A DNA stretch of 27,072 bases, from IMG/VR virus record IMGVR_UViG_2974655256_000001, positions 84,530 to 111,601 of that record; one strand, 5' to 3'. The translations under genes were made by a program, and so were the position numbers. This stretch comes from a virus. Lineage: Duplodnaviria > Heunggongvirae > Uroviricota > Caudoviricetes > Demerecviridae. Positions 8,354 to 16,527 of the stretch are shown here, piece by piece (the stretch's first letter is position 1; every line of letters starts with the position of its first letter). Under the pieces are notes generated by a model. That model did no database searches, had not been told where the DNA came from, and was given only the letters and a program-made list of their open reading frames with translations.

Positions 8354-8796
8354 TTAAAATTAAACTAACTCATCCAGATTGCATGCCGAGGATTGGTTCT
8401 GATGATGCCGCAGGTATGGATCTGCGTGCATTCTTTGGTACTAACCTTGCGGCAGATTTACGTGCTATTGCACCAGGCAAATCCCTTATGATTGACACCG
8501 GTGTCGCGGTGGAAATTCCGCGAGGTTGGTTTGGTTTGGTAGTTCCTCGCAGCTCTTTAGGTAAGCGTAAACTAATGATCGCAAATACCGCAGGAGTGAT
8601 CGACTCAGACTACCGTGGTACTATTAAGATGAACCTGTTTAACTACGGTTCTGAAATGCAAACTCTGGAGAATTTCGAGAGACTTTGTCAGCTAGTGGTA
8701 CTACCACACTACTCAACCCATCATTTTGAAATCGTTGACGAACTAGAGGAGACTGATCGTGGAGAAGGCGGCTTTGGAAGCTCAGGAAGTAAGTAA
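8350..8796 (+). CDS. dut: Trimeric dUTPase
   Basis: All five motifs: AGMDL, PRSSLG, GVIDSDYRG, RLCQLV, RGEGGFGSSG. Confidence 0.97.
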   Translation: MIKIKLTHPDCMPRIGSDDAAGMDLRAFFGTNLAADLRAIAPGKSLMIDTGVAVEIPRGWFGLVVPRSSLGKRKLMIANTAGVIDSDYRGTIKMNLFNYGSEMQTLENFERLCQLVVLPHYSTHHFEIVDELEETDRGEGGFGSSGSK

Positions 8797-9025
8797 TTTT
8801 GTTGACCCTAATACGGTAGGATTAGATATAGACCAATCTAATTTTTACAAGATTGACGTTAAATACGTTGAACCTGAGAAAATAGTACTGAGAGTTGATG
8901 TATCGGGTGCAGTAGAACAGTGGGATGAAGAAGGGTTTATCGCACTTTGCACTGAATCTCAAGATCCTATGCTTAAAGCCATGCTAGCAGTATATAACTT
9001 AGGTATTATTGCAGGTAGTAGATAA
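8759..9025 (+). CDS. Hypothetical acidic protein (88 aa) overlapping the dut 3' end
   Basis: GTG start 7 nt after GAGGAG (8746-8751). It fills the otherwise empty 8797-9025 gap and stops just before the terminator. Confidence 0.7.
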   Translation: MEKAALEAQEVSNFVDPNTVGLDIDQSNFYKIDVKYVEPEKIVLRVDVSGAVEQWDEEGFIALCTESQDPMLKAMLAVYNLGIIAGSR

Positions 9026-9029
9026 TAAT

Positions 9030-9064
9030 AAACCCCAGTGGATTGTCCACTGGGGTTTTCTTTT
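9030..9064. terminator. Bidirectional Rho-independent terminator between the replication and tail modules
   Basis: 13-bp stem AAACCCCAGTGGA / TCCACTGGGGTTT with TTG loop. T-rich tail TTTTCTTTT on + and TTTATTATT on -. Lies between convergent stop codons. Confidence 0.92.
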
Positions 9065-10940
9065 ACTTAGTGAGTAGTTGATTGACAAGTTCTTTCAACT
9101 CTTCTATCTCTTTTTGCTGTGCTTGAATAGCCTGAGACATTTTAGCCATTATTGCAACCGTATCTAGTTCATAAGCTCCTTTAGGGTTATTTTCATCAAA
9201 ACCTTTGGTTAATCCTACGCCTTTGACACACTCTGGACTTATAGTTACAAGATCGTTTGCAATCCAACCAGTTTTCATCTCCGACTCAGGTAGCATACCT
9301 CTCTTCTTGTACCTAAAGTCAGCTATCTTCCACTGCATTACTTGTTTAAGGGCAACCTCATTATCCGTACGATAAGTTATGTCTTTCTTTAGTAACTTAT
9401 CAGATACTGGTGCTGTTTGTATATTACCAAAGTTAGAACTATCAATCCACAGCTGTGCAGCTCCTCCAGAATAGTCAATGCTATAACTATAAAGTTGTGG
9501 ATCTCCTAGAAGTCCAGGCTTACATATAACACCACCGCTAGGATATAGAACAGTCTTTCTATTATTAGAGACACTCAAAGCGTTAACTACTACTCGTGAT
9601 GTCCCATCTACGAAGTTAGCCATACTCCCCGCTAATGTAGCGCCTTCAGCTCCTTTTACTGTCTCAAGAACTATTCTATTTGAGAAAGTAGGATCTCCAC
9701 CTCTATCTAGTATAATACCATCAAATGATAAAGCTCTCAGAGTGTTAAAAGAAGCTACCCCACCAGAAGAGAATTTATACCCGCCATAGCGAATAATATG
9801 ACCTTGTGCATCAGCTAACGCAACGTTGAGATTAGCAACTGTATCAGGTTCACCCCACTTATACTCAGGAACTAAACTAGTAATAACACGCTGTACCCCA
9901 GCAATATTATGAGAGCTTTCTAGTAATCCCCCTCTTAATATTGTACTTGTACTTGTAGGCTCAGAAAGAGTATTAACTATCCAACGTACTACCCCATTAG
10001 CAGGGGTCCATTCTGCAATATTAGGAATTCCTAATTTAGTTATAGCACCTGCAGCCGTAGTTGCTCCAGTACCACCATTAGTTACTGGGACAGTTGATTG
10101 CAGATTAAACTGTTCTTGCCAACCTTTCCAGTTACCTGTACCATCTAGAACGTTAATCCATGAACTACCTGATAATCCAACAGCCTTTAAAACACCATAC
10201 TGTGCAGCACCGTTAATATCTACCCCATGACAGTGGAAATTATACGTCCACCAACCTTCTTTAACAGGAGGTATATGTGTAACTAAATCCCCGGAAGAGT
10301 AGTATCCGCTTTGACCTGCAATAGCAATATAGTCTAAGACATTACTATTTGCCGGAATTATCTCCGCATTAGCCCCAACAGGGATATTTAGATTTTTCCT
10401 TGCGTTCTTAGGATTTAAAGCACCAGTACCTCCACTACTAATCCCTAGTGCAATTTCTTGGCCTGTTTCAGGGTTATAGGCCCCCCACATGGAATCAGAT
10501 ATTCTAAGTATCTTTTTCCTGTCTGGACTAAACATTCTAGTATCTACAGCAGTCATTTCAAAAGCCGTAAGACCTAGATTCTTTCTAGCTCCAGCAACAT
10601 CAGTAGCGCCAGTACCACCCTGAGCAATAGTTATAGCTTTTGTAAGTGCATTTAGTTCAGTAATATCATTATTAGCACCTTTAGCTGCTTTAGTACCTAG
10701 AGTAGTATTAATTCCTCCAAGAGCAGTGTTAATATTACCAATAGATTCATTAATACTATTGATAGATGCATCAGTAGCAGCCTTATCAACAGCATATTTA
10801 GACAATTGAAGGTATTTAGAAGTTAGTACAACAGCACCAGCTTCTCCATCAACAGAGAAAACGCCGGCAACTGCGGCGTCTCTATTAACTACAACATAGG
10901 GGGCCATAGCCCCACTTTTTGGCATTAAATTACGTGACAT
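9063..10940 (-). CDS. ltfB: Second lateral (L-shaped) tail fibre, LtfB-type, with C-terminal S74 intramolecular chaperone
   Basis: Three GGTGA repeat joints, a knob-like module (SGYY...W.GW), and an S74 start VS|DKLLKK (about 9404) with a terminal coiled coil. It lacks the pb1 baseplate-anchoring N-terminus. The ltfB name comes from the DT57C-type arrangement, by recall. Confidence 0.8.
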   Translation of the reverse strand: MSRNLMPKSGAMAPYVVVNRDAAVAGVFSVDGEAGAVVLTSKYLQLSKYAVDKAATDASINSINESIGNINTALGGINTTLGTKAAKGANNDITELNALTKAITIAQGGTGATDVAGARKNLGLTAFEMTAVDTRMFSPDRKKILRISDSMWGAYNPETGQEIALGISSGGTGALNPKNARKNLNIPVGANAEIIPANSNVLDYIAIAGQSGYYSSGDLVTHIPPVKEGWWTYNFHCHGVDINGAAQYGVLKAVGLSGSSWINVLDGTGNWKGWQEQFNLQSTVPVTNGGTGATTAAGAITKLGIPNIAEWTPANGVVRWIVNTLSEPTSTSTILRGGLLESSHNIAGVQRVITSLVPEYKWGEPDTVANLNVALADAQGHIIRYGGYKFSSGGVASFNTLRALSFDGIILDRGGDPTFSNRIVLETVKGAEGATLAGSMANFVDGTSRVVVNALSVSNNRKTVLYPSGGVICKPGLLGDPQLYSYSIDYSGGAAQLWIDSSNFGNIQTAPVSDKLLKKDITYRTDNEVALKQVMQWKIADFRYKKRGMLPESEMKTGWIANDLVTISPECVKGVGLTKGFDENNPKGAYELDTVAIMAKMSQAIQAQQKEIEELKELVNQLLTK

Positions 10941-10957
10941 TAACTAGTACCTTTATA

Positions 10958-10973
10958 AGGGGCCTAGGCCCCT
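10958..10973. other. Perfect 16-bp GC-rich palindrome between the two fibre genes
   Basis: AGGGGCCTAGGCCCCT is its own reverse complement. It lies between the ltfA stop and the ltfB SD (AAAGGT). Confidence 0.8.
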
Positions 10974-10982
10974 ACTGTATTA

Positions 10983-13900
10983 TCATAGTGGCGTTAAAGA
11001 TGTAACAGCTTGCTTAAGTTGTTCTAACTCTTGCTCCAGTTTATTCATCTTATTACCCATATAAACCATTGCACACGCCATATCTGTTAGAATAACATTA
11101 CTATCAAGAGCAAGTGTGTCATCTGCTCTATCAGTTTCTATTTGTCTATCAACATATTCATTACCTTCTTCATCTACTCCAATAACGTCCTCAAAAACTG
11201 GAGAGCCAGGTACGATTTTTACATATTGAAGATCTATTTTTGCAAGATCCTGGGCAATCAAACCATATCTTTGAGTATTACCCCACTTATATTTAAACAT
11301 AGTAGGTAGCCACTGCATAACACGGTCATAACTTTCCTTTCCATCTGTGTAAACAATTTCTTTCTTTAAGTCACGGTCTGAAGTTGGGTTTTTTGCAAAA
11401 TCATAACCAACCCCCCACATATCGCCGGGAGCATTTGCCCATGTTCCTAAACTACCATCTACGTTAAACTCAAATCCTCTATGTTTATCGGTATCACCTA
11501 ACAGCTTGAGTATTGTACTGGACCATCCAGTGGCGCCCGGGGATAACATACCAATTGCGAAACGTATGTTATAACCGTTTGGAGTTGAAGTGCCTCCCGC
11601 GACTACCGGACTGAATGATCCGTTGTTATTTACAGTGGAGATAGTGTTATAAGGAATTGCATTTCCTGATTGTGATGCTTCTATACCCCATCCATGATTA
11701 TTGTAAAGAGCACCTGCATTGACCGCCCTGGTTTGTAAGTAACCTTGCGGGTAGAAATCGAAATCTTGACTATCAATACCAGGGCTATGTACACGGATAC
11801 GATGACACTTAATTTTATCACTTCCAGATCTAACAGCCCCGGATAATGACATATCATTATACCAGTTATACCTAGTAAAGTTAGCCCAATCATCCAAAGG
11901 AACATTAGACCCAGCATAAAGTTGAAGATTGTTTTGTTCACCACCTTCCATTGTAAAACTATAATTAGCACCAATTTTTATTTTCTGAGCACTAAACTCC
12001 CCATTTTCATCAAACTGGTAAAAACTAGTATTTCCGTTTTCCCTTGTTGTTCTAATTGTTGTCTTTGCAATGCTACCCTGCAGCTCATTATAAATAGAGG
12101 AATACGAAATTAAGTTTCTAGAAGCATCGTGGTTCCTCATATAAAACAGCCCAGAATTGAATCCATTATATAAGCTAGCGGCAACCTGAGCAAAGGTAGG
12201 TGTATTAACTTCGCCTAATTCTATGTTAGCCCTTGCACCTGCTGCATTCGTCGCCCCTGTACCGCCATTATTAATAGCTAGAATTCCTTGGGTATCATTA
12301 TTTAAATCAGGCTTATTTGCAGAACCATATAGAATATTAGTATGGATAGTAGGATTTTCACCGTCTAATTGATTATCATTTATAGTCCCGACAAAAACAA
12401 TACCACTAGAGTATTGGGGGCAAATAAATGAGTGAGTATCCGCAGTTTTAGAATAAAATCCTGCAGAATATGACGGTAGTCCACCTATTCCTGTGTCATT
12501 TCTATAGTAGCCAGAACCAAAAGCTCTCATAGCTTTAAAAAGAGATACTAAATCAGGCTCGTTTAAAGTGAGTCCTGCACCACCTAAGCCAAAAGCACCA
12601 CGAAGTAAAACCTCACCATTAATGCCATCCCAAACATTCTTAGTAACAACGTTACCTAGAGAAATATTACCACTCTCGTCTGGGCGAATAGTTCCGTTAA
12701 CCATTGCTACATAAGGAAGTTTAATAGCTCCGGTATCATCAGCAGGACCAATTCCATTCACAGTAGTGATATAGGGAATTTGCTCTTTAATTGCGCCAGC
12801 ATCTTCCTCTCCCTTAGTTGGAGCGCGGAATGCTTGCCCTTGCATCATATCTGGTAAACGGAACGTCGTAGATCCATCACCAGTGGAGAAGTAAAGAGTT
12901 GCACCAGCTTGCCATTGTTCTTCAGTAACAGAAGGGATTAAGCCAGCCTCAATAGCTTCCCAAGTATCTGGATAGTCTACACGAAGAACTTCACGACCAT
13001 CAGCAGGAAGAACACCAGGGTAGCCAACACCTGAATCTTTATCATAAGGGAACCAAGTAACTTCGCCCAACCATAAAGAGGGATTACCACCAGGAAGAGT
13101 AATCTGTACGTTACCTGCGTCATCTGCACGAACATTGTTAATAGAAACTAGCTTTTGCTCTGTCTCTGCTAACTCTAGCACTGGAGCTTCAACCGTCCCA
13201 GCTACTTTATACCATCCATATTTTGAGTCAGTTTGGTTCCACACTAGGATCTTTTCACCTAGCACACGACTACTAACGTCAGTATCCGCTTCTTCTTTGG
13301 TCTTGTAGACTTTGATAAAGCCGGATATATCTTCTTTATCCAACTTACTATCTACAATCTGAGCTGCGCGATCGGCTTCAGCCTTAGCACGATCTGCCTC
13401 GGTAGTAGCATCAATAGCTTTGTCCCCCGCTTCGGTAGCAGAACCAGCAGCATTAACTTCAGATTCCTTAGCATTTAATTCTGATTGCTTAGCAGCAGCA
13501 GCGTGTTCTCCAGCAGTTATAGCCGCAGCATCTGCTCCCTCTTTAGCTGTCTCAGCTCCAGCTTTTGCTGTCTCTGCAGCTGTCTGAGCTTGTTGAGCCG
13601 CAGTTTTAGCTTGTTCGGCAAGTCTACGACTAGTCTCCGCATTTTGAGCAGCAAGTTCAGCAGCATCTTTATAGGTGCCTGCTTCAGTAGCAGATGCTGC
13701 AGAGGCATCAGCACTATCTTTAGATAAACCAGCTTGTCTCTCTGCTTCGGTAGCAGATGCCGCAGATTGAGTTGCAGATGTTTCAGAAGAAGTAGCATAA
13801 ATTGCAGCTAGGTTCTCCGAGTCCTTAGCATTTGTTTCAGATTCTTTTGCTGCAATCTCAGAATCTTTTGCTGCCGCAGCAGAAGCAGCAGAGGCTTCTA

Positions 13901-14042
13901 CAGCAGCAGTTAGTTCACCAGCAGTAATAGAACTAATAGAATTACCTAAAACTACTGTATATTTAGGATACTTACTAGCAGTAGTTGTAGTGTCATCTAT
14001 GTTCAGAATCTGCTGTACAATAATTTTAGTTTTAAGTGCCAT
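10983..14042 (-). CDS. ltfA: Main L-shaped tail fibre (pb1/LtfA-type) with C-terminal S74 chaperone
   Basis: T5 pb1-like N-terminus [17 protein letters not shown], Ala-rich coiled coil, collar-like domain (LGEVTWF...STGDGSTTFRLPD), GEVLLRGAFGLGG motif, S74 start TS|DRDLKK (about 11381). TAATG coupling to p132. Confidence 0.9.
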   Translation of the reverse strand: MALKTKIIVQQILNIDDTTTTASKYPKYTVVLGNSISSITAGELTAAVEASAASAAAAKDSEIAAKESETNAKDSENLAAIYATSSETSATQSAASATEAERQAGLSKDSADASAASATEAGTYKDAAELAAQNAETSRRLAEQAKTAAQQAQTAAETAKAGAETAKEGADAAAITAGEHAAAAKQSELNAKESEVNAAGSATEAGDKAIDATTEADRAKAEADRAAQIVDSKLDKEDISGFIKVYKTKEEADTDVSSRVLGEKILVWNQTDSKYGWYKVAGTVEAPVLELAETEQKLVSINNVRADDAGNVQITLPGGNPSLWLGEVTWFPYDKDSGVGYPGVLPADGREVLRVDYPDTWEAIEAGLIPSVTEEQWQAGATLYFSTGDGSTTFRLPDMMQGQAFRAPTKGEEDAGAIKEQIPYITTVNGIGPADDTGAIKLPYVAMVNGTIRPDESGNISLGNVVTKNVWDGINGEVLLRGAFGLGGAGLTLNEPDLVSLFKAMRAFGSGYYRNDTGIGGLPSYSAGFYSKTADTHSFICPQYSSGIVFVGTINDNQLDGENPTIHTNILYGSANKPDLNNDTQGILAINNGGTGATNAAGARANIELGEVNTPTFAQVAASLYNGFNSGLFYMRNHDASRNLISYSSIYNELQGSIAKTTIRTTRENGNTSFYQFDENGEFSAQKIKIGANYSFTMEGGEQNNLQLYAGSNVPLDDWANFTRYNWYNDMSLSGAVRSGSDKIKCHRIRVHSPGIDSQDFDFYPQGYLQTRAVNAGALYNNHGWGIEASQSGNAIPYNTISTVNNNGSFSPVVAGGTSTPNGYNIRFAIGMLSPGATGWSSTILKLLGDTDKHRGFEFNVDGSLGTWANAPGDMWGVGYDFAKNPTSDRDLKKEIVYTDGKESYDRVMQWLPTMFKYKWGNTQRYGLIAQDLAKIDLQYVKIVPGSPVFEDVIGVDEEGNEYVDRQIETDRADDTLALDSNVILTDMACAMVYMGNKMNKLEQELEQLKQAVTSLTPL
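13380..13910 (-). repeat. Ala/Ser-rich heptad repeats in the ltfA coiled-coil shaft
   Basis: SAASATEA occurs twice 21 aa apart with near-identical DNA (about 13678-13702 and 13740-13766). AK(E/D/Q)SE.NAK.SE is also repeated. Confidence 0.75.
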
Positions 14043-14464
14043 TATTGAGTTACTCCATCGCTGATGTATACTTTACCTTCCATAATACGGAAAGAACTGA
14101 CTTCAGAGCCTATCACATCCCGAGTCATTAGGATATCATAATAACCAGCAAAACGTTGTCTTGGGCTATACTTATCACGTTCTTTAGATGCTTTTTCACC
14201 AATATTAGTAACGTCTGCAACAGAAAGACTAATTGCAGCAGCACCTTGAGCAGCATCAATAACACGAGTTTTAAAGTTAGCTAGAACCTCGGCGTTCTCA
14301 TCTAAACTAGATTTAATAGTTCCTCGGAGTGAATATCCTGTTAAGTTAACAGGAACTTCTGTTGGTGGATATACACTATCATCAACATCCATAAATTGCA
14401 TGATAAGACCATATGGTACTTTTTCATCAACAACAATATCAATAACTCGGTTTTCTGTACTCAT
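14042..14464 (-). CDS. Collar protein p132 (L-fibre anchor)
   Basis: 140 aa, directly upstream of the fibre gene; BppU-like pattern ([11 protein letters not shown]...GAAAISLS...YYDI...[10 protein letters not shown]); T5 synteny. Confidence 0.85.
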   Translation of the reverse strand: MSTENRVIDIVVDEKVPYGLIMQFMDVDDSVYPPTEVPVNLTGYSLRGTIKSSLDENAEVLANFKTRVIDAAQGAAAISLSVADVTNIGEKASKERDKYSPRQRFAGYYDILMTRDVIGSEVSSFRIMEGKVYISDGVTQ

Positions 14465-14469
14465 TATAA

Positions 14470-16527
14470 TTACCTTATATGGATATACCCACTATTTAGG
14501 TCTATCTTCATCTTGTAGTATGCTTCAGGGTTCCCTGATAACGCAGCATTTCTATCATAGATTATATTAACACCGATTTGTGATAAGAAGGCATTTCCTG
14601 CCACAATCTTATCCGCAGTAACAGTTCCATTAACAATCATATTGCCATGAAGAACCATTGCAGGGTTAATCCATCCAGCTCCGTTCCATTGACGGGTAAA
14701 TGCTGTTTGCGGAGCATTACTGTTAAATTGTGTTAGAACATCATACTTAACCGGAGGTTTTCCAAAGTTATTTTGGAAGAATGCGTTAGCTTGTCCATCA
14801 TCCCAACCACCTAGTCCAGGAGTACCCATGGAGTACATCCCAGGACCACGCTGTCCATCATGTCCTATAGTACCTTCAGTACCACTCCACTGAACTACAT
14901 CAGACCAGCTAGTACCTTCAAGAAGTTTGTTAGTAACTGGATCAAGTGTACCTGTAGTCGCATAGATATTTTGTGTCATATCTGTACGGTTAGGTGGAGT
15001 TTTTGACCAACCAGGAGGCGGATAATCTTGTTCTAGCGGTTTGGCCGGTAAAGATGTTGCTAACTTATAAACAAATACTGTTTGCTTACCTTGTAAACCA
15101 GTTCCAATATCTACGTCACCATTTGGTGTTCCAATTACTACACCACTAGAAATACGCAGAGTAGTGCCATCATAACGTATCCATTGTGTAGCATTACCAA
15201 TGTCTAATTTAGCTTTGGCAGAGGTATTATCCATACCCATCCAAATACCAGAGTTATTATCCCCCCAGGATTTACCCTGAGTATAAATTGCTGGGTTATC
15301 TTTACCAGACAAGTTAGTCATGATAAAGTTCGCAGCATTAATATCTCTAGTAATTACTTTACCATCAACGTTAACAACACGGTTTATAGGGTCGAAAGAA
15401 ATAGGTGCTTTACCTTCTTCATCGAGCAGACCAATGTTAATAGCACCAGTAGCTGCATCAATTAGGAATGTTTGTCTCCAGATTTCCCCATCTTTCATGC
15501 TGCCTTTAATAAAGGCATAGTTAACATCAATACCCGTCTCATTGACAAAACTATTATCTAGAGGAGTATCTTCATTCAGAATAAATGTTACAGGAGCTGA
15601 CTCGGTTATATCTTGTTTATTTGGTCCCCAGGCAATTGATGATACCTTAAACGTATGTTCAACTCTCCATGGGAATGATATAATTGTTGCAGCTCTAGCA
15701 GCGCCCACGTTTATCTTTTGAGCTTTAGCCCAGCCAGTCTTAGCGTATTCCTCGGAATTTATATAAGTAACCAAGAACTCACGAACGTTAGCACCAGCAC
15801 CGCGTTCCCAATCCCACTCAATTCTAACATCATATCGTTCTTTACCATCAGCAATTCGTGCAGCTTTAAAAACAATATCGATAGGTGCAGTAGGAGGAAC
15901 AAAATTATAAGCTACAGTTAGAATATTAGGGAACTCATAGTAACCAGAAGAATCAACTGTAACACCATCAGGCATAGTTACTTGACCAGATATTCTGATC
16001 TTATAATCTCCTATAGGAACTCCACCAAATTTAATAGTAGAACCTAAAGCCCCAATGTAATACTTAGTCCAAGGACTATCTTCCGTGGCTGTACTTTTTA
16101 ACTCAATAGTACAGTAACTTGCTTCACCAGTAGTTTCCACAACAACTATCGGTGCGCCCACCCCAACATCCACTGGTTCTGACTCAGACCTTGCTGTAAC
16201 AATTATTGGCTTCTCTTTTGTTTTAAAGTTAGTTTCATTAGAGAGGTTAATACCAATTTTTGCATTTAAAAGTTCTGAGTCAATAATTGAGTCATAAAAA
16301 GCTCCCTGAACCTGATAGGTAGTTGAGGGAGTTAAGTTATTGATCATAACAAAGAAAGTGTCGATTCCAGTGAAATCTCTTCTATCCACTTCTTCGCCAA
16401 GTTTAAGCCAGAATGATCTACCGATAACATCGTAGTCGGTATAGATAGAATGCTGGATATACGCCATAGTATATCCAGTCATAATACTATTTAAGACCAT
16501 CTTGGCTGGTGCATTATTCGAAATCAT
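14470..16527 (-). CDS. pb4: Central straight fibre / spike protein pb4
   Basis: 685 aa; FnIII-like N-terminal domains and a beta-rich C-terminus ([14 protein letters not shown]); lies between pb3 and p132. Confidence 0.87.
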   Translation of the reverse strand: MISNNAPAKMVLNSIMTGYTMAYIQHSIYTDYDVIGRSFWLKLGEEVDRRDFTGIDTFFVMINNLTPSTTYQVQGAFYDSIIDSELLNAKIGINLSNETNFKTKEKPIIVTARSESEPVDVGVGAPIVVVETTGEASYCTIELKSTATEDSPWTKYYIGALGSTIKFGGVPIGDYKIRISGQVTMPDGVTVDSSGYYEFPNILTVAYNFVPPTAPIDIVFKAARIADGKERYDVRIEWDWERGAGANVREFLVTYINSEEYAKTGWAKAQKINVGAARAATIISFPWRVEHTFKVSSIAWGPNKQDITESAPVTFILNEDTPLDNSFVNETGIDVNYAFIKGSMKDGEIWRQTFLIDAATGAINIGLLDEEGKAPISFDPINRVVNVDGKVITRDINAANFIMTNLSGKDNPAIYTQGKSWGDNNSGIWMGMDNTSAKAKLDIGNATQWIRYDGTTLRISSGVVIGTPNGDVDIGTGLQGKQTVFVYKLATSLPAKPLEQDYPPPGWSKTPPNRTDMTQNIYATTGTLDPVTNKLLEGTSWSDVVQWSGTEGTIGHDGQRGPGMYSMGTPGLGGWDDGQANAFFQNNFGKPPVKYDVLTQFNSNAPQTAFTRQWNGAGWINPAMVLHGNMIVNGTVTADKIVAGNAFLSQIGVNIIYDRNAALSGNPEAYYKMKIDLNSGYIHIR

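Noticed and set aside
8494-8502. Near-matches to the T5 nick-site consensus (recalled as GCGCGGTG): TCGCGGTG here and ACGCGGTG on the - strand near 15798-15805
   Set aside because: Both miss the leading G of the GCGC core, lie in coding sequence, and my recall of the consensus is not certain.
13485-13798. Short alternative-frame ORFs (Ser/Leu-rich or Leu/Lys/Gln-rich) in ltfA
   Set aside because: They are by-products of the Ala-rich GCN repeat sequence.
9063-14042. Shufflon or diversity-generating retroelement acting on the fibres
   Set aside because: No invertase or reverse transcriptase is in the window. I saw no inverted crossover sites and no template/variable repeat pair differing at adenines; the repeats are conserved mainly at protein level.
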